A stretch of 64,000 bases of DNA from an uncultured Planctomycetota bacterium (GTDB taxonomy: Bacteria; Planctomycetota; Planctomycetia; Gemmatales; Gemmataceae). The stretch is from assembly GCA_963849325.1 (NCBI GenBank), contig CAWKHF010000002.1:736001-800000 (forward strand), written 5' to 3'. The notes under the pieces are model-generated. The model was not told the DNA's origin. It ran no database searches and worked only from the letters and a program-made list of their open reading frames with translations. Below are positions 11,493 through 21,844 of this stretch, in pieces (position 1 is the stretch's first letter; every line of letters begins with the position of its first letter). Both the position numbers and the translations under genes were made by a program.

Positions 11493-12599
11493 TTAGAGGG
11501 TGCCGCGGCGGGCCTGTTCGCGCTCGATGGCCTCGAACAGCGCCTTGAAGTTGCCCTTGCCGAAACTCTTCGAGCCGTGCCGCTCGATGATCTCGAAGAA
11601 CACCGTCGGCCGATCCTCGACCGGCTTGGTGAAGATTTGCAGCATGTAGCCCTCGTCGTCGCGGTCCACGAGGATGCCCAGTTCGGCCAACTCCGCCATG
11701 TCCTCGTCGATGGCGCCGACGCGCTCCGGCAGCATGTCGTAGTAGGCGCGCGGCACGCGCAGGAAGGAGACGTCGTTGTGCCGCAGTGCCCGCACCGTCT
11801 CGACGATGTTGTCGGTCGCCAGGGCGATGTGCTGCACGCCGGGGCCGTGGTAGAAGTTCAGGTACTCCTCGATCTGCGAACGGCGACGACTTTGGGCCGG
11901 CTCGTTGATCGGGAACTTGATGCGGCCGCCGCCGCCCTGCACCACCTTCGACATCAGCGCCGAGTATTCCGTGCTGATGTCCTTGTCGTCGAAGCTGACC
12001 AGCTGCGAGAAGCCGAGCACGCGCTCGTAGAAGCGCACCCACTCGTCCATCTTGCCTTCCTCGACGTTGCCGACGATGTGGTCGATCGCCTTGAGGCCGA
12101 CCGGATGGAACGTGCGCGGGCTGTAGCGGTCGGCGTCGAGCGGCTTGTAGCCGGGTGCGAAGACGCCGCGGTAGCGGTCGCGGTTGACGAAGCTGTGCGT
12201 CGTGTCGCCGTAGGCGCGGATGACGGCATATTCGTAAACGCCGTTCTCGTCTTCGAGCAGCGTCGGCGGCGTGACGCCGACGGCGCCGCGCTCCGTGGCG
12301 ATGCGGTAGGCGGCGGCCACGTCCTCGACTTCCAGGGCGATGTCCTGCACGCCGTCGCCGTGCTCGATGATGCGATAACTGTCCGGGTGCTGCGGCCCGA
12401 GCGGCGAGGCGAGGACGAAGGTGATGTCGCCCTGGCGCAGGACGTAGCCGGCTTCGTGACGGGTCTTGGTCTCCAGGCCGGCGTAGGCGATCACATCGAA
12501 GCCGAAGGCGTTGCGGTAGAAGTAGGCCGACTGCCGGGCGTTGCCGACGAAGAAGCGAACGTGATCGATACCGCGGAGGGGGATGTCGGAATCGCTCAT
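11493..12599 (-). CDS. hppD: 4-hydroxyphenylpyruvate dioxygenase
   Basis: IDHIVGNV, IKFPINEP, GPGVQHIAL, LQIFTKP, FFEIIER, FGKGNFKALFEAIEREQARRG. Confidence 0.96.
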   Translation of the reverse strand: MSDSDIPLRGIDHVRFFVGNARQSAYFYRNAFGFDVIAYAGLETKTRHEAGYVLRQGDITFVLASPLGPQHPDSYRIIEHGDGVQDIALEVEDVAAAYRIATERGAVGVTPPTLLEDENGVYEYAVIRAYGDTTHSFVNRDRYRGVFAPGYKPLDADRYSPRTFHPVGLKAIDHIVGNVEEGKMDEWVRFYERVLGFSQLVSFDDKDISTEYSALMSKVVQGGGGRIKFPINEPAQSRRRSQIEEYLNFYHGPGVQHIALATDNIVETVRALRHNDVSFLRVPRAYYDMLPERVGAIDEDMAELAELGILVDRDDEGYMLQIFTKPVEDRPTVFFEIIERHGSKSFGKGNFKALFEAIEREQARRGTL

Positions 12600-12614
12600 G
12601 GCATAATCCTTTTC

Positions 12615-12679
12615 GTTTAGCCGCGACGCGCAGCGGAGCGCGGGATGCTCCCGCGCTCCGCTGCGCGTCGCGGCTAAAC
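12615..12679. repeat. Palindromic repeat, family A (contains phhA stop codon)
   Basis: GTTTAGCCGCGACGCGCAGCGGAGCGCGGGA-tgc-TCCCGCGCTCCGCTGCGCGTCGCGGCTAAAC. Confidence 0.95.
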
Positions 12680-13580
12680 CTGCGCGAGTACGGGAATCCC
12701 GAAGCGACGGACCAGCGCCTCCAGCTCGCGGCGCAGGAACGGCAGCGACGGGGCGATGAACAGCTGGTCCTGCATCCGCGACGGATCGTAGTCCGTCTCG
12801 ATGACCACGTCGGTCACGAACGGCCGCCGCGTCACCTCCGCCGACAGCAGCGAATAAGGGATCTCGCCGGTCGAAGAAAGGATGCCGGCCCCGAACACCT
12901 TGGTTTCGTCGCCCTCCTCGATCAGACCGAACTCGATGCTGAACCAGCTGAACCGCTTCAGGGCCAGCACCTGATCGCCGTGGGTCGTGGTCGCCACGGC
13001 CTTGCCGATGAGGGTGAGCAGCTCGGCGTAATCGCGGTTCATCAGCGGCGGGACGTGGCCGAGGCAGTCGTGGATCATGTCCGGCTCGGGCGTGAACTCC
13101 GGGTGCGAGCCGTGGCGGAGGAACTGCGTCACCGGAAAGCCGCGGTCGCCGATGTACTGGTAAAAGGTCCGGTACGGCAGAGCGCCCTCGGCCGGGACGA
13201 GGTGCATGTTCGTCTCGCGCCGCAGCCGGTCGCTCAGGTGCCGCAGCTGCGGGATCTCGCTCGCGGGTGATGGCGAGTTCGCGCTTGGCGTCGAGGTAAA
13301 TCCGGCTCGCGTGCTTCTGGTGCAGCTCGTCCAGCTTCGGGCTGACCTCGCGCCAGATCCGCGTTTCTTCCGGGGTGTAGTGGATGATCGGCGGGCCGAG
13401 ACCGCCCAGGCGGTGACGCCGGCACAGGGCGAACAGTTCCTTCCGCCGTGCGATGTACTCCGCATCGCCCAGGCCGGGGTGTCCCGGCTCCAGTTCCAGT
13501 TCGGTCACGTCCGGCGGCGTCACCATCATGCCGGCATCGATGGGCGCCCCATATTCGACAAGCGTAGCGGCTTTTTTCAT
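12674..13580 (-). CDS. phhA: Phenylalanine 4-monooxygenase (aromatic amino acid hydroxylase; frameshift near 13265)
   Basis: HPGLGDAEYIARR, FPVTQFLR, FTPEPDMIHDCLGHVP, WFSIEFGL, GAGILSSTGE. Confidence 0.9.
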
Positions 13581-13779
13581 GACGATTGCCTCTGACGTGT
13601 GCTCCGGGACGGGCCTGTCTGATCGGCGAAGGGTCTCCTTAGATATTTTACCCCTGCTTCGGGGCCGGAACAACGGCGGAGGGGTGGCCGGTATGGGCGG
13701 ACCCTTGCGGGCGCCGCGCTCGCCTGCTATCTTGCGGGTCGCCCGGAAAAGCCGTTACACCCTTGGGAACATTCCAGCC

Positions 13780-14780
13780 GTGAAAGCCGCTTACATCGAA
13801 ACGACCGGCAGTCCCGATGCGATCCGTTACGGCGATCTGCCCAAGCCGGCGCCGCAGTCCGGCGAGGTACTGGTCCGCGTCGGCGCCGTGGCCGTCAACC
13901 CCATCGACTTGTACATCCGCGCCGGCACGGTGGCGATGCCGCTGCCCAAACCGTTCATCGTCGGCTGCGACCTGGCCGGCACCGTCGAGGCGGTCGGAGC
14001 ACAGGCGAGTCGCTTCAAGGTCGGCGACCGCGTCTGGGGTTCCAATCAGGGACTGCTCGGCCGGCAGGGCACGTTCGCGGAGTACGCCGCCGTGCAGGAG
14101 GAATGGCTGTATCCGACGCCGGCCGGCGTGGACGATCCGACGGCGGCGGCGACCGCCCTCGTCGGCATCACGGCCCACCTCGGACTGTTCCGCGATGCTC
14201 AGCTCGAAGGCCGGCGAAATCGTCTTCGTCAACGGCGGCACCGGCGGCGTCGGCTCGATGGTCGTGCAGATGGCCAAGGCGGTCGGGGCGAAGGTCGTCA
14301 CCACGGTCGGCTCGGCCGCCAAGGCCGAGCTGTGCCGGCAGTGGGGCGCCGACGCTGTGCTCAACTACAAGAGCGACGACATCCCTGCCCGCGTGCGCGA
14401 ATTCACGCGCGGTCAGGGCGTCAACGTCTGGTACGAGACGCAGCGCGAGCCGGACTTCCTGCGCACCGTGGACCTGATGGCCCAGCGCGGCCGTATTATC
14501 ATCATGGCGGGGCGGCAGGCACAGCCGGTCTTTCCGGTGGGTCCGTTCTATGTCAAGGGCTTGTCGCTGCACGGCTTCGCCATGTTCAACGCCACCGCCG
14601 CCGAGCAGCGCCGACTGCGCCGAGGACATCAACCGCTGGCTCGCCGACGGACGCCTCAAGCCGCTCATCGGTCGCACCTTCCCGCTGGCGCAGACCGCCG
14701 CCGCCCATCAGCTGCTCGAAGAGAACACGCTGGGCAAGGCCGGCACCTTGACGGGCAAGGTGGTGCTGACCGTGCCGTGA
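13780..14780 (+). CDS. NADPH:quinone reductase, MDR/zeta-crystallin family (two frameshifts, ~14205 and ~14612)
   Basis: AVNPIDLYIRAG, IVGCDLAGTV, VNGGTGGVG, GKVVL. Confidence 0.88.
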
Positions 14781-14996
14781 CGAAAAAAACATCAACCAGC
14801 CGCGAGGGGACGCTCGTGGCTTGTGTCGCATTCCTGCCGCATCATAATCCTCTTGCCTCATCCGAGCGGCCTTCGTCGTTTTCCCTTTCTTCTCCGCCTC
14901 TTTCGCCAACTGCGAGCTATAGTTGAATGGACTCATTTCGGACTGACAGATAGCTGTCACCGAGGGTCCGGACAGCGGAACGTCGGGGAGGGGAGA

Positions 14997-16569
14997 ATGA
15001 AGCGAAGCATTCGCTTACGCGGACTGAACGGGCCGTTCAAGGGCCAGGCGTGGGAGTCGATGGAACTTCTGCGCGTCGGCCGGCTGGGACCGCTCGAAGT
15101 CGTGCTCGACGACACCTCGGTCAGCCGCAATCATGCCGAGATCCGCCATACCGACCGCGGCTGGCGACTGCGCGACCTGGGCAGCACCAACGGCACGCGC
15201 CTCAACGGTGTCCGCCTCAGTGCCGGTCAGTGGCCCCTGCGCGTCCGCGACCTCATCCAGTTCGGCGAGGTGGCCATCGTCGTCGAGGCGCTGCACCACA
15301 CGGAGGCGGAAGGCGACCCCGAGTCGAATGAGGAGATGCGCGTCGAGGCGACGGCCAACTCGTCGTGGGACCAGGCGCTGGAAGGGCTGGCCTTCGACAG
15401 CAAGCGCTGCCCGCGCCGGCGAACAACTGCTGGCCCTGTTCCGCGCCGGCCATCACCTCGTCCACATCGAAAAGGAAGAAGACCTCCTCAACTCGATCCT
15501 CAACGATGCCGTGGCCGTGCTCGACGCCCAGCGCGGCGCCATCGTGCTGGCGGAAGGGTCGGACGACAAGCTGAAGCTCAAGGCGCTGGTCACCGGCCGC
15601 GGCGAGCCGCGCGCCATCGTCGCCGGACGCGGCGAGGCCAGCGGCCGCTTCCAGTTTAGCCAGAGCCTGGCCAACCGCTGCGTCAGCCGCGGCGAATCGA
15701 TCCTGTGTCACAAGGTCGATGAAGACCCCGAGTTGGCGATGGCCAAGAGCATCGCCGAGGGCACGATGGCCTCGGTACTGTGCGTCCTGCTGCGCACGCC
15801 GCGCAAACGCCTGGGCGTCCTGCATCTGGACCGCAGCCCCTGGCAGAAGCCGTTCACCATGGACGACCTGCACCTGGCCGACGCCCTCGCCGCCAACGTG
15901 TCGGCCGGCATCGAGTGCGCCGAACTCGTCCGCAAACAGCGCGACCTGTTCCTCGACACCATCACCATCCTCGCCCAGGCCGTCGAGATGCGCGACGAGT
16001 ACACCGGCGGCCACACCCTGCGCGTCAGCACCTACTCCATTCTGCTGGCGCAGGAGCTGAACCTGGCGCCCGGCGACATCGAGTTGATCCGCATCGGCAC
16101 ACCGTTGCACGACATCGGCAAGATCGGCATCGACGATGCCATCCTGCGCAAGCCTGATCGGCTGACGCCCGAAGAGTTCGAGGTCATGAAAACGCACACG
16201 GTCAAGGGCGCCGACATCGTGGCGACCGTGCCGGACCTGCGGCCGATCATTCCCATCGTGCGCAGCCACCACGAGCGCTGGGACGGTCGCGGCTACCCCG
16301 ATGGACTGGGCGGCGAGGCCATCTCGCCGCTGGCGCGCGTGGTGGCGCTGGCCGACGCCTTCGACGCCATGACCTCCGACCGCCCCTACCGCAAGGGCAT
16401 GGCGCCGGCCATCGCCTTCGCCGAGATCGAAAAACAGATCGGCCGGCAGTTCGACCCCACCTTTGCCCATGCCTTCCTGGGCATGCAAGAGACCATTCTC
16501 AAGGAGATGAACGTCCAGGCGTCGGTCCTCACGCCCTCCAAGCGCGTGCGCGTCCTGTCCATGGGATGA
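14997..16569 (+). CDS. FHA - GAF - HD-GYP phosphodiesterase (frameshift near 15413)
   Basis: FHA VGR...VSRNHA...DLGSTNGTRLNG; GAF SVLCVLL...LGVLHLD; LHDIGK, HHERWDGRGYP. Confidence 0.9.
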
Positions 16570-16624
16570 GCCGGATGAAGAAATGCCGTCATGCGGTCGC
16601 CAATGTCCGGACGAGAGAAAAGCG

Positions 16625-16652
16625 TTGCATCTCCGTTACGGTGGTGTAAGAT
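16625..16652 (+). promoter_or_regulatory. Possible sigma70 promoter for the DUF1559 gene
   Basis: TTGCAT-16 nt-TAAGAT in an AT-richer intergenic stretch. Confidence 0.4.
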
Positions 16653-16772
16653 TAATCCGCAGCTGTAACGCTCGAGGTCAAGAACGCCGGCATCGATCCC
16701 GCCACCGTCGGCGAGAGGCTCCGTTAAGTCGTCAAAGTTCAGGCCGGTGGCGCCAATCGCGCAGGGAGCCTT

Positions 16773-17669
16773 ATGAGACGCAACAACGACCGAGCCTCCG
16801 GCTTCACGCTGATCGAATTGCTGGTGGTGATCGCCATCATCGCCGTGCTCATTGGCCTGCTGCTGCCCGCGGTGCAGAAGGTCCGCGGTGCCGCCGCCCG
16901 CCTCCGCTGCCAGAATAACCTCAAGCAGGTCGGCCTGGCCCTGGCCAACTACCACAACGCCTACGAAGCGTTCCCCACGGGACTGTCCGACAATACCAGC
17001 AACTATTATTATCTGAGCTGGATGTCTCGGCTTTTGCCGTTCATCGAGCAGGACAATCTTTGGCGGCTGACCCAGGCCGCCTATCAGGCGGACGGCAACA
17101 ATCCGTATCCCTGGAACAACCCGCCGCACGTCGGTCTGTCGATGGTGATGCCCGCCTACAACTGCGCCGCCGACGGCCGCGAGCTGACGGCGGCTTTCTC
17201 GCAGGGGATCCTCGTCGCCTTCACGGCGTACCTCGGCGTCAGCGGCACCAACCTGAACACCAACGATGGACTGCTGTATCTCGATTCGGCGACGCGCTAC
17301 GCCAGCATTGTCGATGGCACCAGCAACACGCTCGCCGCCGGCGAGCGGCCTCCCAGCGCCGACCTGTGGTACGGCTGGTGGTATGCCGGCGCCGGCCAGC
17401 CATCCAGTTACACCGGCTCCTGCGACGTGGTCATGGGCGTCCGCGAGATCAACATTTCGATCGGCGCTTGCCCGTCCGGCCCGTATCAATACGGACCCGG
17501 CAACCTGACGAACCAATGCGATCAATTCCACTTCTGGAGTTTGCATGAGGGCGGCTCCAACTTCCTCTTCGCCGACGGCTCGGTGCATTTTCTGGGATAC
17601 GGCTCGGCCTCCTCGGTCCTGCCGTCCCTGGCAACCATCGCCGGCAGCGAGACGGTGGGCAATTATTGA
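16773..17669 (+). CDS. DUF1559 (prepilin-type N-terminal cleavage, H-X9-DG C-terminal) protein
   Basis: GFTLIELLVVIAIIAVLIGLLLPAVQKVR, CQNNLKQ, DGTSNT, HEGGSNFLFADGSV. Confidence 0.95.
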   Translation: MRRNNDRASGFTLIELLVVIAIIAVLIGLLLPAVQKVRGAAARLRCQNNLKQVGLALANYHNAYEAFPTGLSDNTSNYYYLSWMSRLLPFIEQDNLWRLTQAAYQADGNNPYPWNNPPHVGLSMVMPAYNCAADGRELTAAFSQGILVAFTAYLGVSGTNLNTNDGLLYLDSATRYASIVDGTSNTLAAGERPPSADLWYGWWYAGAGQPSSYTGSCDVVMGVREINISIGACPSGPYQYGPGNLTNQCDQFHFWSLHEGGSNFLFADGSVHFLGYGSASSVLPSLATIAGSETVGNY

Positions 17670-17696
17670 GCGAACGCGCCAAGGAGAACAACGCGG

Positions 17697-17843
17697 ATGA
17701 ACCGGCGTGCCTGGTTGATCGCCCTGGCCTTGTGGTGCGGCAGCGCCCTGGCCGGCTGTGCCAAAAAGGACGAAACTTCCACGAGCAGCCGTCTGCCCAC
17801 CGACCGCTTGCCTCCCGCCTCCAGGGGCCGCATAACGAAGTGA
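17697..17843 (+). CDS. Small 48-aa lipoprotein (below ORF-track cutoff)
   Basis: RBS AAGGAGA at 17681; MNRRAWLIALALWCGSALAG^CAKKDETSTSSRLPTDRLPPASRGRITK with lipobox LAGC. Confidence 0.75.
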   Translation: MNRRAWLIALALWCGSALAGCAKKDETSTSSRLPTDRLPPASRGRITK

Positions 17844-17875
17844 CGAGGCCTTGTCATCGCCCCATCGTCCCGCAT

Positions 17876-17942
17876 CCGAGCCGCGACCGTCAGGGAGCGG
17901 GGCGCTTGAACCTCCCCCCGCTCCCTGACGGTCGCGGCTCGG
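17876..17942. repeat. Palindromic repeat (family B-related)
   Basis: CCGAGCCGCGACCGTCAGGGAGCGG...CCGCTCCCTGACGGTCGCGGCTCGG. Confidence 0.85.
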
Positions 17943-17994
17943 TTGGGTGCGCCCGCATCGTCCGCTCGCGCTCGTCTGTCCGAAGGATGGGACC

Positions 17995-19949
17995 ATGATG
18001 TACCGACACCTGATCCTCGGCCTGCCGGCGAACCTCCTCGCCATCGGACTGTGGCTTGCACTGTCGAATGGGGTCCACGCCGGACCATCGCTCGCCGAGC
18101 GCGGCAAGGACCACTGGGCATTTCAACCCGTCCGCGTGCCGGCGGTGCCGTCCGTTCACGATTGCGGCTGGGTGCGCTTGCCGGTCGATGCCTTCGTGCT
18201 GGCCCGTCTGGAAGCGGCAGGGCTGCGCCCCGCTCCTCCGGCCGACAAGCGCACTCTGCTGCGCCGCGTCACTTTCGACCTCATCGGCCTGCCGCCGACG
18301 CCGGCCGAGCAGCGCGCCTTTCTCGCCGACGATTCGCCGGAGGCTTTCGCCAAGGTCGTCGATCGGCTGCTGGCTCGCCCGGAGTATGGCGAACGCTGGG
18401 GCCGTCACTGGCTCGATGTGGTTCGCTATGCCGAGAGCAACGGCTACGAGCGCGATGGGACCAAGCCCAGCGCCTGGCGTTACCGCGATTATGTCCTCGA
18501 CGCCTTCAACAACGACAAGCCCTACGACCATTTCGTCCGCGAGCAGATCGCCGGCGACGAGCTGCCGGGCTGGAACGCCCAGATGCAAATCGCCACGACG
18601 TTTCTGCGCCTGGGCACCTGGGACGATGAACCGGCCAACCCGACCGTCGATCGTTACGACCAACTCGACGATGTGCTCGGCGTCACCGCGACGGCGTTCC
18701 TCGGCTTGACGCTCCGCTGCGCCCGCTGTCACCATCACAAGTTCGAGCCGTTCAGCCAGGCCGACTATTACCGGATGCTCGCTGTCTTCCAGCCGCTGCG
18801 GCGTCCGCGCATCGGTCGCAAGGAACTGGATCACCCCGTCGGCAACGACGACGAACGGGTCGGTTGGAAGGAGCGTTCGCAGGAGCCGCCCCGAGCGTAC
18901 GTCTGGTTCGAGGAGGGTCCGAAGGCCCCCGCGACGCACATCCTGAAGCGCGGCAATCCGAACATGGAGGCGGAGGAAGTGGGGCCGGGCCTGCCAGCCG
19001 TGCTGGTCCACACTCGACCGCCGCCGCCCGTGCCGCTCCCGACCTCGACCGGACGCCGGCTGTGGCTGGCTCGCTGGCTAGCCGACGAGAACAATCCCCT
19101 GACGGCGCGCGTGATGGTCAACCGCGTGTGGATGCACCATTTCGGCAAGGGGTTGGTGGCCACGCCCAACGACTTCGGCCTCATGGGCGAGCCGCCCTCG
19201 CATCCCGAGCTGCTCGACTGGCTGGCGGCGCGCTTCGTCGCCGACGGCTGGCGACTGAAGCCGATCCACCGTCTGCTGGTGCTGTCGAGCACATATCAGA
19301 CGTCGGCCGCTGCGCGGCCTCCGATGAGGATGCCGCTCGGCGACTGGCGCTGTTCGGGCGCTGGCGGCAGCGCCGGCTGGAGGCGGAGGCGGTGCGCGAC
19401 GCGGTGCTGTCGATCAGCGGCGAACTCAACGCCCAGATGCACGGGCCGAGCGTCTATCCGCCTCTGCTGCGGGCCGTGCTCGAAGGCCAGTCGCGTCCTG
19501 GTGACGGCTGGGGCAAGTCCGACGCCCGCCAGTCGGCCCGCCGCAGCATCTACGTCTTCGCCAAGCGCTCACTGGCCCTGCCGGAATTGGAACTGCTCGA
19601 TGCGCCGGATACCACTTCTTCCTGCGAGCAGCGTCTGCCTTCAACGACGGCGCCGCAGGCGCTGACGTTCCTCAATGGCGCCTTCATGCACGAGCAGGCG
19701 GCGTATCTGGCCGCGCGTTTGCGGCGCGAGGCCGGCGCGGAAGACAGCGCTCGGCTTCGGTTGGCCTTCGAGTTGGTCCTTTGCCGGCCGCCTTCCGCCG
19801 AGGAACTGCAATTAGCCGAGACGTTCCTGGCGCGGCAACAACGCCAGATCGAATCCGAGGAGAAGCCAGCGGGTGACAGTCGGCAGCGTGCGTTGGCGGC
19901 GTTCTGTCTTGTGCTGTTGAACACGAATGAATTCGTTTATCCGGGCTGA
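17995..19949 (+). CDS. DUF1549/DUF1553 planctomycete protein (frameshift near 19320)
   Basis: HWAFQP, LLRRVTFDLIGLPP, YGERWGRHWLD, CARCHHHKF, NPLTARVMVNRVW, HPELLDWLA, LLNTNEFVY. Confidence 0.93.
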
Positions 19950-19988
19950 TCTCGGCTCCTGCCTGCTTTCGGGGAGCGCGGAGGCTCG

Positions 19989-20432
19989 TTATGCCTGCAT
20001 ACGCCCTAACGCCGCGGTGCAAGGGTAGCGATTCATTCCCTGGAGCGTTTGTCGTTCCAGTAGCCGCTCATTGCTGTTGAATGCCAGGATCCCAGCGGTG
20101 ACGGCACCGATCATCGTCCTCCCCTCGATCCGGCTCCCCGCCAAGACAAAATGATCGGACCAACGATCCGTGCGGGGGTTGAAGAAGCGGACGAAATCTC
20201 CACTCTCCCAGTGGATCGATCCGACATCACTGCCCTTCGCTTGGTTGCAGAAAACGCAGGCGTAAGCCAAGTTGTCCGCCGCTGTCGGCCCGCCGTGCTT
20301 CTCACTGATAATGTGATCGACTTCACAGCCGTAGAAGGTGTCTTCCTCGGCGATCAGACAATACTCGCAGAGACCTTCGGAGCGTGCCATCACCAGGCGG
20401 CGCAACTCCGCGTTGATATAGGTGGCGGACAT
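19989..20432 (-). CDS. HNH endonuclease
   Basis: CEYC...VDHIISEKHGG...NLAYACVFCNQAKG, FFNPR. Confidence 0.92.
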   Translation of the reverse strand: MSATYINAELRRLVMARSEGLCEYCLIAEEDTFYGCEVDHIISEKHGGPTAADNLAYACVFCNQAKGSDVGSIHWESGDFVRFFNPRTDRWSDHFVLAGSRIEGRTMIGAVTAGILAFNSNERLLERQTLQGMNRYPCTAALGRMQA

Positions 20433-20437
20433 ACCGG

Positions 20438-20674
20438 CTACCCTGGGGCGAGACGCTGGCGGGCACGGGCCTTGGCCAAGCGCATCAGGTGCTCCATCTG
20501 GAGATATTGACTCAGCTCCGCCGTCTCGTCCGAGGACAAGGAGGTGGCCTTCTGACGGCGAATCAATTCCGCGACTCGTGCCTTGACAGCATCCGAGGGA
20601 CGGAAGTCGATGACGCCTTGGGGTGTCGTGCCCCCGGCGATGAAATCCACGAACTCTTCGTAGGCGAGAATCAT
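20438..20674 (-). CDS. Small helical protein coupled to the HNH gene (possible antitoxin-like partner)
   Basis: MILAYEEFVDFIAGGTTPQGVIDFRPS...MEHLMRLAKARAR, 5 nt upstream of HNH. Confidence 0.8.
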   Translation of the reverse strand: MILAYEEFVDFIAGGTTPQGVIDFRPSDAVKARVAELIRRQKATSLSSDETAELSQYLQMEHLMRLAKARARQRLAPG

Positions 20675-20705
20675 GGTACTCACTCCGTTTGCCGGCAACG
20701 CGGCG

Positions 20706-21056
20706 TCAATCCTCGGACCCGACGCGGCGAGCATACAGCCAACTCTCGATGGCCGGAACCAGCACGACGAGCGGAGCCAAGGCGATGAGGACGATGGCCC
20801 AGACGTGGGTGTTCAGGGGTAAGAAGAAAGTCACGACACCGATCCCGATCAGGGGCATGGACCACACGATTAGCCGCTTGGCTCCATAGCGATTGATATC
20901 GAGCCAGGCCTCTTCGGATCGGAACGCCTCGGGGAAGCGGACGCCGTAGAAGATGTTCCGCTTCACTTTGCCCTGGAGGAGAGGCAGAGCGAGGAGGACG
21001 GACACCAGGCCGCAGATGAGGTTGCTGATCCCGAGAATGACAGCGATGAGATCCAT
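20706..21056 (-). CDS. SdpI-family membrane protein
   Basis: KVKRNIFYGVRFPEAFRSEEAWLDINRYGAK between TM helices. Confidence 0.8.
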   Translation of the reverse strand: MDLIAVILGISNLICGLVSVLLALPLLQGKVKRNIFYGVRFPEAFRSEEAWLDINRYGAKRLIVWSMPLIGIGVVTFFLPLNTHVWAIVLIALAPLVVLVPAIESWLYARRVGSED

Positions 21057-21066
21057 GACGACCTCC

Positions 21067-21166
21067 ACCGAACAACCAGCTCAGCAGCCGGGGCCGCCCG
21101 CAAGACCGTGGCGCTACACAGAATGCCGTTCTGCGGCCGCGGTCAGGCGCAGCGGCTTGTTTCGGC
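21067..21166 (-). mobile_element. attC-like integron cassette recombination site
   Basis: Minus strand GCCGAAAC-AAGCCGCTGCGCCTGACCGCGGCCGC...GCGGCCCGGCTGCTGAGCTGGTT-GTTCGGT, 100-bp imperfect palindrome 5 nt after a stop codon. Confidence 0.72.
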
Positions 21167-21171
21167 GGGCC

Positions 21172-21590
21172 TTACTTCGCCGCCGCCCGCCACCGCCCAA
21201 TCAATTCCGCTGGCGGCTCGCCGCCTTCCGCCATCCTCCAGTAGGCCGCCGCCCACTGGAGGACCGCCGCCCGCTGGGCCGGGGTGAATTGGTCCGGGCA
21301 CAGCCCCCGTCCGCCAGAGCCGACTGCACCGAGACGCCCTGGCTCCCCGACGACGAAGTGAGGGCCACGATCATGTACGCGGGCAGGTAGTACGCCTGGG
21401 CGGCCTCCGTCAAGAGCGGGTAGGTGTCGTGACAGTACGCCGGGAAGTCCTCGGCCACATCCTCCCACGCCCGGCCGCCGAGGACGGCATCGACCTTATC
21501 GCACTCGTGACAACGGTGGCCGGTCAACGGCCGCGCCGGTGGGCGCCCACCGGAGAAGGCGCCGTGGATCAATCGACGTAACTCGTCCAT
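21172..21590 (-). CDS. Hypothetical cassette-type protein (DUF6714-like; frameshift near 21303)
   Basis: HRCHECDKV...PLLTEAAQAYYLPAYM then FTPAQRAAVLQW; flanked by GTTCGGC and the attC-like site. Confidence 0.65.
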
Positions 21591-21844
21591 CCTTGATCCC
21601 CTTCGCCGAACCTCTGTTTCTACTGCTTCCGACAGTATATCATCGGTGATCCGGTTCCTTCCATCAAGCATCTCCGACGCACATACTTCCACCCGAGCAG
21701 AATGCGGGACTGGCGGAATGGCTCTTCATCGACGTAACCGCTTGCACGGGGGCATGGCCGCTTCCATAATGGGCGGAAGACTCTGGGGAGCAATCTTCTC
21801 GCCCTCAAGGCCGGACGTCGGCGTCCCGACAGGAGAGAAAGTCC

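Noticed and set aside
11493-13673. 726-aa apparent PhhA-HppD fusion ORF
   Set aside because: Artefact of the phhA frameshift reading through a repeat into hppD; phhA has its own stop at 12674.
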